Shown here: positions 6,638 to 16,300 of the stretch, in pieces
Layout of the letters: every line of letters begins with the position of its first letter
Numbering within the stretch: position 1 is the stretch's first letter
Virus record (IMG/VR): IMGVR_UViG_3300043185_000025
Direction: 5' to 3' (one strand)
Source of the DNA: a virus
Length of the DNA stretch: 47,780 bases
Notes under the pieces: generated by a model
The model's database searches: none
Told to the model about the DNA's origin: nothing
What the model saw: the letters and a program-made list of their open reading frames with translations, nothing else
Made by a program: the position numbers and the translations under genes

Positions 6638-7233
6638 TGCAGTACCTCCTTAGCCAAGTTAACGTATCTCATTCTTTCCTCAAAACCCGTCATTCCACCG
6701 TTGATCCGTTTAGTAATGGTTACATGATCGTTGTTGTCAGCGTAAAAGTTCAAATCTCTGGACATCCAAAACCAGCAAGAAGAAATCATCCCCTCCACGG
6801 GAAACAACAGCAATTCGGGATTGTCCAAGACCTGTACTAACGTGGATTCTTGGAAGGCCGTGTAGTTGTTTCTTCCGGTGAGTTGGATAGGGCCGCGACC
6901 GTGGAAAAACCACCCGTCACCGGATTCGGTATCTCCGTTCCCAATACGATTGGCATAAACATAGTTAGCCAGAGATTCTGGATCGTATTCGTACCGATCA
7001 GCAATCTCCTTGTTAGGGAATCGTCCTGGCCATACCTTCATCAAACGTTCGGCGGAATAGTTTAGATTTTCCTCGAACACGGTAAGACCTCGGCTCTCGT
7101 GCCAAACTTGTCCTAGAAAGGCTGATTGCCGAGAGGGGCTGTTGATCCCCCATTGAGGGCATACGTCTAGGACGGCTGTAATCCATTGCTCATCGGCTGA
7201 AGGGAATATAGCTTTGAGTTGTTGGATGTTCAC
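6634..7233 (-). CDS. Endolysin, glycoside hydrolase family 19 (chitinase-like, COG3179 type)
   Basis: Motifs FLGQVWHESRG, YANRIGNGDTESGDGWFFHGRGPIQLTGRNNY and INGGMTGFEER are typical of GH19 phage lysins. Confidence 0.85.
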   Translation of the reverse strand: MNIQQLKAIFPSADEQWITAVLDVCPQWGINSPSRQSAFLGQVWHESRGLTVFEENLNYSAERLMKVWPGRFPNKEIADRYEYDPESLANYVYANRIGNGDTESGDGWFFHGRGPIQLTGRNNYTAFQESTLVQVLDNPELLLFPVEGMISSCWFWMSRDLNFYADNNDHVTITKRINGGMTGFEERMRYVNLAKEVLQ

Positions 7234-7550
7234 TTATCGTTCCGCCCAAGATACTTTTGCAATATCAAGATGGTCTGTCGGGTTCCCAAGTGACCCGCCA
7301 AACCGCCGACGGCCGCGCCCGCCATCGGGTGCATCCCGATCCACCACACCGTCAGCATGTAGATGCTGACCGTGAAGAACAGACTACCGAAGATGTCTAT
7401 CACGGCATTTCGGATGTTAGTCCGGTTCATCTTTCGGCCGTTCCAGTCTTTCCACAATCTGATAAACGACCCAAATATTCCCATTGTCATGGCGATGATT
7501 AGACCTATTAAGTTTGGGTCAAACTGTTTTTCCGGCATATATATTTCCAT
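7230..7550 (-). CDS. Holin candidate
   Basis: 106 aa with three hydrophobic helices and a charged C-terminus. Lies immediately upstream of the endolysin with an ATGA overlap. Confidence 0.55.
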   Translation of the reverse strand: MEIYMPEKQFDPNLIGLIIAMTMGIFGSFIRLWKDWNGRKMNRTNIRNAVIDIFGSLFFTVSIYMLTVWWIGMHPMAGAAVGGLAGHLGTRQTILILQKYLGRNDK

Positions 7551-7606
7551 AGTTTATCATCCATGTAGTGACCCCTATCCTAAAATGATTCAGATCAGAC
7601 ACTGGA

Positions 7607-8179
7607 CTAAATCCCAGAATCGCACGTTATCGACTTAATGGATTCGATGTCTATGGCCTGATCGACTAAATCTGTTATGTCGGCCAGTCGTTGGGCTTCC
7701 TTGTCTATTTCGACCGTGCTTAAATTTTTACGCATCGCGACAAACCTCTGTCCGTCAAGTTCGACGAATCGTTTCGTGCGTTGTCTCCGTAGTTTGTTTT
7801 TCCATATTTCTTTTGCTTTTGGTAAATCGTGGCAAACCACATTACCATCGTGCGTCCAAGAATCACGGAGCGACCTTTCCGGTGGAAGGTCTTCCGGAGA
7901 GACAACGGCCACGCGTACCCATTCCGGCGGAATGGATTGGCTTTCTCTAATTCGGGACTCGACTCGATTAAGATAATCATCTTCGGTTTCTTCCTGGGTA
8001 AACGTTGCCGATCCATCATTAACCTTTGCGTCTAAGACGGCGATCAGTCTCTCAGATAAAGTATTGGTGTGTAATAAATATTCACCAACCTTATAAGACC
8101 CAGACAAAGGAAGGGCGGGGGAACTGATTGCAACACTTCCATCAGGTTTTTTAAAAATTAATCTCTTATTGATGCGCAT
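7607..8179 (-). CDS. Hypothetical protein downstream of the tail fibre
   Basis: Start refined to MRINKRL. Its ATG shares one base with the TAA of the fibre gene (TAATG). Confidence 0.5.
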   Translation of the reverse strand: MRINKRLIFKKPDGSVAISSPALPLSGSYKVGEYLLHTNTLSERLIAVLDAKVNDGSATFTQEETEDDYLNRVESRIRESQSIPPEWVRVAVVSPEDLPPERSLRDSWTHDGNVVCHDLPKAKEIWKNKLRRQRTKRFVELDGQRFVAMRKNLSTVEIDKEAQRLADITDLVDQAIDIESIKSITCDSGI

Positions 8180-9195
8180 TATTGATCTCCAAAGGCGACG
8201 GCATGCCACTGTTGAGGATCGGATGGGGTATTGGCGGAGTCGTAGCATTCACACTGGAAAGACCCGGCCGCTTGGGTTTCAACCTGTGCCGACCGCACGT
8301 TGTTGTCGGTGCCGTACTGGGCAACAACCAAAGGCTGGTAGTTAATTGAACTAAAGTCGGTGGCAATCGTTACGGTCAGCAGACCGGTTCCGGTATCCGT
8401 GATAGAAGCGATGTTTCGCGATACAACTATGTTTCCGCCCGCATCGCACGTTAAATTACATTTAGCGACTCCAGGATGCCAGTTCATGTTTCCGGGCGTC
8501 GCGGCAACCACGTTGGAACTGGCCGCTTCCATCTCCGTTTGGCTGGCGGCGGTAGAAACGGTAATGCCAAGGGTTGATAGTGCCGCCGCCGCATTCGCAT
8601 CGTCCAAAATTGTCCTGGCAAAGGACGTAAGCGTGGTTACGTCTGCGGTTCCAGACCCAGTGAAATAAGGAAGCTTGTCGGCGTCCGACGTGAGCCCTGC
8701 TATTGCGGCAAGTTCCGCATCGTACGCCTGAACGTCCGTGCCGATAGCAAGGCCAAGTGTTGTTCGTGCCGCTGAGGCGGTGGTGTCATCTATCAGAGTT
8801 TGTGCAAAAGCAGAAATAACCGCTAGAGCCGATGAAGTCTGGGCGATTGTGACGCTGGTAGTACCAATAGTGATAGTATCCGACGTGCTGACATACCACC
8901 ATCCACTGTTGGTGGATCCGCTATGGACAAAGACAAGGGTTCCATTTCTTATATCATAAGTTCCATCCCAGTCCTTGGTTCGCGTCCACGTACCCGTATC
9001 ACATTCGTATATTCCATTGTCGGCGCCCACAGTTTGGTTTTTTACTAAAACACGGTCTCCGTCAACAATGGCTACGCCATCAATTGTTTGCTCGTCAGAC
9101 AATGTAATATTGGCAGTTGTTGCCGCCCTGCATGGAGCTTTGATAGCGGAGTTGGAATTGACACCTTGACGACGGTCTGTGGTAGTGCTTGCCAT
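8179..9195 (-). CDS. Tail fibre protein
   Basis: The N-terminus [54 protein letters not shown], together with the repeated motifs [14 protein letters not shown] and [20 protein letters not shown], is typical of phage tail fibres. Confidence 0.65.
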   Translation of the reverse strand: MASTTTDRRQGVNSNSAIKAPCRAATTANITLSDEQTIDGVAIVDGDRVLVKNQTVGADNGIYECDTGTWTRTKDWDGTYDIRNGTLVFVHSGSTNSGWWYVSTSDTITIGTTSVTIAQTSSALAVISAFAQTLIDDTTASAARTTLGLAIGTDVQAYDAELAAIAGLTSDADKLPYFTGSGTADVTTLTSFARTILDDANAAAALSTLGITVSTAASQTEMEAASSNVVAATPGNMNWHPGVAKCNLTCDAGGNIVVSRNIASITDTGTGLLTVTIATDFSSINYQPLVVAQYGTDNNVRSAQVETQAAGSFQCECYDSANTPSDPQQWHAVAFGDQ

Positions 9196-9243
9196 ATATG
9201 TGTTTTCTACACTATTTCCTTTATTTCACGTAACGATTTTTCG

Positions 9244-11811
9244 TTAATGTTTCGTCTGATTCAACTGTTCTTGTAGCATCATCGGAAACGCCATTTCTAC
9301 GAGTTTAAAAAACTCGGCATTCTGTTGTGCAATCTTTTTACGTTTAGCGATCTGTTCTTGAGGCCACGTTTTCTGAATATATTTCCATGCCTCAAGACTG
9401 TCGGTGTTTTCGGTATCCGATTCGGACGATGAACCGGAAAAATTGGCAACGGATTGTGCCGTCACGAAAAACTCAGCAGTGGCGATGGATTCTCCGATCC
9501 ACTCCACGTCCGAAGTAGCAGAAACTGAAAACACCCCTTCTGATTGCGCTATACTTTCCCCGATCCATTCTATGAGAGAAACGGCAGGAATAGACACTGA
9601 TCCGGAAGCCGCTGATTCACCACCCCAAGTAACGGTCCCGCTTGCTTGTGAATTTAATTCACCCGTCGCTGTACTAACCCCACCCCATTGCAAATCAGAA
9701 ACAGTCTGAACATCAAAAACGGCTGAAGATATAGATGACGATTCACCCGCCCACTCAACGGTTGAGGCCGCCACAACCGAGAAATAGGCGCTAACCGCTG
9801 CGGAACCATTAAATGTCGCGGTGGACATTCCCAAGATTGATACATCAGCCGAATTTGATGACGATCCCACAAAAGTCGCGGTAGACGTAGAAGCAATAGA
9901 CACAGCTGCTGAAGCGGAAGAAGTGCCGGAAAAAGTTGCCGTAGCCGTTGAAGTGATCGAGAATGGACTGCCAGATGAACCAACCGTCCATTTCGGCGTG
10001 TAATCGTAGGCAGTAAGGACGGATGTGCCCTTATAAACCCTGAACTCAAAATAATCTCCATCCGAAGGGGCGCTGGATAAAGCCACGGCCCATTCAAATT
10101 CTGTATATCGGCTGCTACCTAGATCGGTCGCGTCGGTCCCGTTCTCGTCATCCCAACGCCTGCCGGTATCGAAGGTTTTACCACCGGGAACGGATAGTCT
10201 GGCCGTGGTAGCTTCACCGCTTGCCGCAATATTCGCCGATGTCGCAACGTAGCATTCGTTATTCACCGTTGGCGCGCGAACGACAAAAGCGATACTGGTC
10301 CAAGAGTCTCCCGCAATCGACCAGGCAGCCGAAGCAATGGATTCGCTGTCGGTTACGGCAGCGGTCCGAACCGCCACGCCATGAGCAACAGCCCCTAAAT
10401 CTTGAGTTTGCAGATTGGTCCAACCCGCTGGGGCCGACCCCAATGGGTCCGCATCAATCCCGTGACAAACAACCAGTTTCCCGCCACCATCAGACGCACC
10501 GGCCGAAAATGCCGGGCTATCTACCGTAACGTCGGAAGTGCTGGCCCCACTGGTAGATGTGCCGCTGGCCCCTATTGGTGTCGCGGCCTCGAACTCTCCC
10601 GCCGGGACTCGTACACATGTCGCCGTCCAAGATTCCGTTGCATTGGGGTTAAAACTTAACGTTGAGGCGGTCCAACTTCCGGTAGCCACCGTGTACCAAG
10701 CTTGTGCTCGGGTCTCCGTTGAATTGTCTGATATAGGCCCTGCAATACTGGTTAACGTTTCTCCGTTAGGTCCGCTGGGAGCGGTAACGGTTGTCGTTGT
10801 GGTCGAATCGTCCCAGGCAACATAGAAGATCAACAGATCGCCGGTACTGGCATTAGGATAACTAACCGCCCAAGGGTCTTCGGCGGTGTTGTTGCCGGAT
10901 ACCGTACAATCTCCGGCCTCTATAACTGGTGTGGTCTCAACGGAAGCCCCGACCGGTACTGCCGTATATCCACCCGATCCATTTTTTTGATATCTCAGCG
11001 TATAGGAATAACTCAGCGGATCGCCAGATGCTTCCACTTGAACTCTGAGTAGTTTTGTCTGCGAATCCGTCGCGGTGATGTTGGTGTTTTCGGCCTCGGT
11101 CCACGTATGCGAGGCTTCGTTCGCGTCGTCCTCGCCGAAGCGGAAGGCGGATTGATCGACAGAAGAACTATCTGCCGGTCGTAAAGCGATTAAAGCAATA
11201 CTTCTTCCAGCCGAAGCTCCACCGGCAGTTCCAGTGCCCTCGACGGTAATGGCCTCCGCCGTCGTCTGGGTGCAGGTTGCAATCGCTACGTTATAAAACC
11301 CAGAGTTAATATCGTTCTGGTTTGTCCAGCTTCCGGTAGTGCCGGATGTCGTGGCGAACGTGTGGGCGGCATCAACGCTGCTGGTGGTGTCCGACGCCAT
11401 AATCGCGACGATCATGCAACCGTCGGTGACGGGGGTAATGCTTGCGCTTATCGTCCAAGGTGATGCCGTGGCGGTGTTGTTGTTCTGTACGACCGCCGTT
11501 ACGTCTTCGGGGGTGGTGTTGTTGACACCAGAAAAGGTTGCCGACAAGCAAATCATCGCCTGGTTCGATCCGACGCTTAGAGCGCCTTCCGAACCCGATG
11601 CGTCTTTCTTGCGATAAACCGCTAAAGTTTGGTTATCGCTGGTTGTGTCCTGATCGACTAAGATGTCGAAGTTAGTCAACGCACTGGGCGTGGCCAGTGC
11701 GTCGGTAACCGTGACGATCAGAATTACATCATCCGCCGTGGCTCCCGGCGTGATGCTGATAGGGTTGGCCGGAGTAGTGTTTTGACTCTCGGCGTTGTAG
11801 GTAACGGCCAC
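9244..11811 (-). CDS. Large Ser/Thr-rich tail fibre or host-recognition protein with internal duplication and tandem repeats
   Basis: 855 aa located in the tail module. Two paralogous units of about 215 aa plus 70 aa are followed by nine repeats of about 20 aa each. Confidence 0.55.
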   Translation of the reverse strand: MAVTYNAESQNTTPANPISITPGATADDVILIVTVTDALATPSALTNFDILVDQDTTSDNQTLAVYRKKDASGSEGALSVGSNQAMICLSATFSGVNNTTPEDVTAVVQNNNTATASPWTISASITPVTDGCMIVAIMASDTTSSVDAAHTFATTSGTTGSWTNQNDINSGFYNVAIATCTQTTAEAITVEGTGTAGGASAGRSIALIALRPADSSSVDQSAFRFGEDDANEASHTWTEAENTNITATDSQTKLLRVQVEASGDPLSYSYTLRYQKNGSGGYTAVPVGASVETTPVIEAGDCTVSGNNTAEDPWAVSYPNASTGDLLIFYVAWDDSTTTTTVTAPSGPNGETLTSIAGPISDNSTETRAQAWYTVATGSWTASTLSFNPNATESWTATCVRVPAGEFEAATPIGASGTSTSGASTSDVTVDSPAFSAGASDGGGKLVVCHGIDADPLGSAPAGWTNLQTQDLGAVAHGVAVRTAAVTDSESIASAAWSIAGDSWTSIAFVVRAPTVNNECYVATSANIAASGEATTARLSVPGGKTFDTGRRWDDENGTDATDLGSSRYTEFEWAVALSSAPSDGDYFEFRVYKGTSVLTAYDYTPKWTVGSSGSPFSITSTATATFSGTSSASAAVSIASTSTATFVGSSSNSADVSILGMSTATFNGSAAVSAYFSVVAASTVEWAGESSSISSAVFDVQTVSDLQWGGVSTATGELNSQASGTVTWGGESAASGSVSIPAVSLIEWIGESIAQSEGVFSVSATSDVEWIGESIATAEFFVTAQSVANFSGSSSESDTENTDSLEAWKYIQKTWPQEQIAKRKKIAQQNAEFFKLVEMAFPMMLQEQLNQTKH
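9415..9960 (-). repeat. In-frame tandem repeat array (about 9 x 20 aa) in the 855-aa fibre gene
   Basis: Units follow the pattern xxxS(T/x)xx(F/W)xG(x)Sxxxxxxx, for example TSTATATFSGTSSASAAVSI, ASTSTATFVGSSSNSADVSI, AVSLIEWIGESIAQSEGVFS and ATSDVEWIGESIATAEFFVT. Confidence 0.6.
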
Positions 11812-11812
11812 G

Positions 11813-12247
11813 TTAGCTCAACGTAGCGGCCAGATTCGTTAGCCTAGTTTGTACCGCGCTAAGTTGTGGAGCGGTTAGTAATACCTTGGTAGCACCGTTT
11901 ACCGCGTTAATCGTGTGAGTTGAGCAAACGCCGGATGCGTCCTTGGGGAAGTTAGTTATTAGCCAATCACGCAGGTCTACCAAGCTTGCCCGAACTACCG
12001 TGTACTCGGTATTAATGTCCAGGTTAGTATCGCTTTCCTGGGCCTTGGCATAAGCCACCAATTCGGGAGTGTTCAACGAATCGAGTTTGGCGATGGTGTC
12101 AAACACGCCGGTAAATACATCCAGCATTTGCATCCGGTTAAGCGAGAGTTTCCCGGAATAATCCAAGGCTTTATCTCTTGCGTTCCTGATGGTCTCCTTC
12201 CATTCCTTGTATTTTTCGCCAAGCGTTTTCGATGTTGCGGGTAACAT
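11813..12247 (-). CDS. Hypothetical virion-module protein
   Basis: Co-oriented, with its stop 2 nt from the next start. Helical composition. Confidence 0.5.
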   Translation of the reverse strand: MLPATSKTLGEKYKEWKETIRNARDKALDYSGKLSLNRMQMLDVFTGVFDTIAKLDSLNTPELVAYAKAQESDTNLDINTEYTVVRASLVDLRDWLITNFPKDASGVCSTHTINAVNGATKVLLTAPQLSAVQTRLTNLAATLS

Positions 12248-12257
12248 AAATCTCCTA

Positions 12258-12695
12258 TCAATCCAAAGTGAAAGAACTACCAGTCGTTAGAGACGGTGTT
12301 ACGTTTTGGCTGTAATTAATGTTGGGTGAAATCGTTCCTGAAGCAATGATGATTCCACCTGTAGTGGCCGATGTCATCACGATGGCGGCGTGCGTAAGCG
12401 TACCGGTACTGGTGCTCGTATTTTGCGGGAAAGTAATTGCCGCAACCGGGTTGGCGGCGCCGCTGGCAACGGTCCAGCCGGCTGTGGTGCGAGTTACGGA
12501 TATACGAGTATAGCCAGTGTAACTAGCCTCGTTCGTTCCAGCCGTTCCGGTATCTCCGGGATCCGCCGTGTGCAAACTAACCCATACGGCGGTGTTTGGA
12601 GACGATGAGGCATTGTCGGCGATGTTGGCAATGGCCGTTGCGTTCAAGTACAGTTTTAAGATATTTGTTTCACTAGTATCGGAAAATCCTGCCAT
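12258..12695 (-). CDS. Conserved virion-associated protein (possible fibre or receptor-binding accessory)
   Basis: AAGGAG RBS. The pattern VSLHTADPGDTGTAGTNEASYTGYTRISV...ITFPQNT...LTHAAIV...GGIIIASG matches a family I recall from phage tail modules. Confidence 0.45.
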   Translation of the reverse strand: MAGFSDTSETNILKLYLNATAIANIADNASSSPNTAVWVSLHTADPGDTGTAGTNEASYTGYTRISVTRTTAGWTVASGAANPVAAITFPQNTSTSTGTLTHAAIVMTSATTGGIIIASGTISPNINYSQNVTPSLTTGSSFTLD

Positions 12696-12697
12696 GA

Positions 12698-13237
12698 CTA
12701 TACTCCTTTAATTGGGGTTGCGGTAAGACTTACGGCACGCCCATCCGCGTCGTAAATCGGTTTAAAAACGAATGAAGTCATGTTCGGTGGTGCTTGAACG
12801 GTCACCAACTCCTTAATAGGTTTTGCAGTCAATCGCTTATCTAAGGAAGCGAGTTTCTCCGGCACCATTCCTAATACTGACTCTATTCGTTCCAGAACGG
12901 TTTTTAGCTCCATTATTTCATTCTTTCCATCATCTTCTTTAATCTTGTCTCGGATTGAGAATAAGTCGGCGGTTACGTCTTCTAATCGACGCTCGACGGT
13001 CTCCCTGGAAACACGCTCTGCTTCAAGCAGGGTCTGCAAAGATTGCTTCTCTGCCATCGCGGCCGTGGCTTTTTGCTGCGCCTCGTCACGAACCCGTTCT
13101 GCTATCTCGGCTCGCTTGACGGCCTCCAGGCGAAGCTGGGTTTCGGCGCTAAGATCTTCGCGATATCGGGCCGATAGTTGTTCCACGTCCGTTGCCCCGT
13201 TTGGAAACAGCGCGTTGCGCAGACTTGTTGGTTTCAT
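12698..13237 (-). CDS. Coiled-coil protein in the virion module
   Basis: Long charged heptad-like stretch (EAVKRAEIAERVRDEAQQKATAAMAEKQSLQTLLEAERVSRETVERRLEDV). GGAGG RBS. Confidence 0.5.
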   Translation of the reverse strand: MKPTSLRNALFPNGATDVEQLSARYREDLSAETQLRLEAVKRAEIAERVRDEAQQKATAAMAEKQSLQTLLEAERVSRETVERRLEDVTADLFSIRDKIKEDDGKNEIMELKTVLERIESVLGMVPEKLASLDKRLTAKPIKELVTVQAPPNMTSFVFKPIYDADGRAVSLTATPIKGV

Positions 13238-13338
13238 TTATCCTCCTGTCCTCGGGGCAGCCATCCCCCTCCCGTGAAAGAGGAGGTTATCAGGGTCGGG
13301 GGTAAAGCTGCCCGTTGGAAAAGTTTAATATCCATTTT

Positions 13339-16300
13339 CTAGTCCGGTCCAAAGACAACTGCTTCGGGTCCAGCCTCTCCTTGCAGGAAAGCTTCGGCTC
13401 CCAGCACGGTATCCGATATTTGCTTCCCCGGAAGTCCGACAGCGTAACTGATTCCCATGATTAAATTCTTGGTATCTTTCTTGTCTCCTTCTCCGGAAAC
13501 AATATCAACCAGAGAGACGGCGCCCTTTCCAAGCCCTTCTCCGGCAGACTGTACCGGGCTTATTTTGAGCCCGTAATTGGCAATGTCTTTATCGAACAAG
13601 GACCAGGCGTAAGCGGACAAATCACGGACAATCGGTATCATCGCGGCCCCGTACATGACCATCGAATAGACGAGCTTCTTAAACCAGTCTTCATCATCTA
13701 AGTCATCATCCTCTCGCCCTCCGATAGTGGAAAGAGCCGTCGGAATAACCATCAATAACATGAAACGGGCAGTAAATTTAGATACCGCCATAGTACGGTT
13801 TTCCTTGGCTTCTTTGGCGGAAATGGCCTTGGCCCGTATAAGCTGTCCTAACTGGGCATTGGAATAAGACTGGAACATGGTAAACACTTTTTTAAGTTGC
13901 CCATACCCTCCATGACCGGACATTATTTTCGGCAAATCCACGTCACGGCCACTACCTTGGGTTTGTCTTACGATGTGGTCGGCATATTCCACGGCCTGTT
14001 TTGGGTCGTTCTTGTATCTTTTCATTCCTTCTGCGAAGGAAGCGTTCCAAATCGGCACGGTAACGGCTCTATCGGTCATCCCCATTAACCACAAGAACTG
14101 ATAAGTATCGGGAAGGATTTTCCCGTTCACGGTTAATTTTCGCGCCATATCCTGTAAGTCACGATCATAGTTATTGAACCGGTGGCGCATATACTCGGAA
14201 TGCGAAGTCGCGAATTCGTACATTTCGTTCATGCGCCAAGAGAAAAACTTCCCTAGTTCTCTCGTTAATAACGCCGCCGATACCGGTGATTCTTTTTCGA
14301 ACGATCTGGCATAAACAGAAGCCACCCCGGTTATGTTAAGCAATGCCGTTCGGGCGCCTGATAGCAGGGTAACAATGGTGTTCTTCCTGGCTATGCTAAG
14401 TGTTTTTTCGATGAAGCCGGTTGGGTTTCTCGGAGGCGCCGCCACTTCTCGAACTCGCGTAACCAAAGTCCGGTACGCAGGAATTCCCGCCGCTGTTTTT
14501 ATTGCGTTCTGCACTTCCTTATCATTCAGCATGCGCATGGTATCGGCTACGGCCTCTCGATATGCCAAATCGTGCACCGTTTCATTCACGGTTTCCGAGA
14601 ACACACCGAGATCTAGACGAGGAAGAAGCTTGACCCCCTCTTGTCGCTGTTCGCTGGTTCCTTGGTTCGTCTTGGCTGTCATTCCCAATGACCCACCGAG
14701 AATGGCCTGCACGGCCTGGCTTTCGTCAAAATGATGGGCCCGTTCCGACAGATCGGTATCGTATTTTAGGCGGAAGTACCCGCCTCTAGCGGGGCCGTGC
14801 TTTGTTTGATACGAGATGGGCTCTACTTTCGGCGGGGCTTTCCCGCGGGTTCGTTCATTCAAGTCTTTAAGTTCCGGCCACAAATCTTCATCAAATAGTT
14901 TCCATATCCCGTCCACCAAACGCAGGTCCTTCTCATCAAGCAAGGCGATAATCTGTTTTATCTGGGCAGCGGACCACCCGTAATTCATAAGACGTTCGCG
15001 TCCCTCTTTATTTCCATAAAGCAACGCGACCACGACGGCGTTCTCTCGGGTTACTGGAATACCAATATCCGTTCCGATGTCCTTTCTTGCGAATTGCCTA
15101 CGCTCGGCAAGGCCGTAAGCCTTAAACAATGGTTTCAGTTTCTTGTAAATTTCGGCCAGTTTCGTTGCTTTCCAATTAGACCGATCCGACATGCGCCCGA
15201 ATAAAGATCTTTCAACGTCTCCGTAGTCCCCGCCTTCAAGAAGATTGAGGATGGTTTCGGAATTCAGAAATTCGCCAGCCCCCTTGTCTCCCAAGGTCTC
15301 GGCGGCCTTGCTGATGGTGGGGATACGATCTGGTGCCTGTTTCTTGGCAACCCACACCCCGTTAACTTGCTCGAACGCCTCTGGATGAAATTGTCGTATT
15401 CTGTCCAATACCGTGCCACGTTCTTGCTCAAAATTCATTTGACGAATGGCCAGATATTGTTCCTGTTCGCGACGCGCCAACCGTTCCAGCTGCTTAACGC
15501 TGTCCACCAAACCGGTCATCTCGTCCACGGATAAATCTTTGTAATTCTTACGATAAGTTTCATTCTTAATGAACCCTGGAAGATCCGGGGTTACGGCCGC
15601 CAATCTGTCGGACTCGTTCTTGACGAACTGTTCTAACGTCTCGCGTTCCGCGTCAATGGCCTTTAAGCTGCGTCTGCGTAAATCGAATCGGGACAGTAAA
15701 TCGTCTATTTGATTTACGGCCTCTCCGCGCATCTTGTCGCGCACGGATTTTTTGTCGAACTTGGATAAATATTCTTTCCCCTTCTCAATCCTGTCCAGGG
15801 CGTCGTTGGCGGAACGATAAAGCTCCAGATTCAGCAACTCGCGTTGCTTCTCCATCAGAGCGCCTTGATAGTCTCCTTTCCCGGCCAGCTTTACGGCTTC
15901 TTTGGCGGCACGGCGAATAGCCATGAGATACCCGTCGGGACGGATGTCTCGAATACGTTTCTGGGCTATCACCCCGTCGGCCATTTGTTTAACCACGGAT
16001 TGAGACGCCATCGGGACTGTTAGCATGGCAAGTCCACGACGACGTTCGTCACGTTGTTTATTCTGCTCCGCCTTCACGTATGGTTTAACTTCTCTTACGC
16101 GTTTGCGCAAGGCTTTTATTTCTGCGTCGATAACCTTATATCGGTGATCGCTCAAAACCGCTTCCGTGGCTTCTGCCTGGATAGTGCCATCGAGTAACAT
16201 GCTGCCGTACCGCTCTTCCATGCGTTTATCGGTTTCCGCTTCGGCTAAAGCCTTCTTGGGACGAAGCCCCGCTAATTCCAGCAGCAACTTGTCTCCGGAC

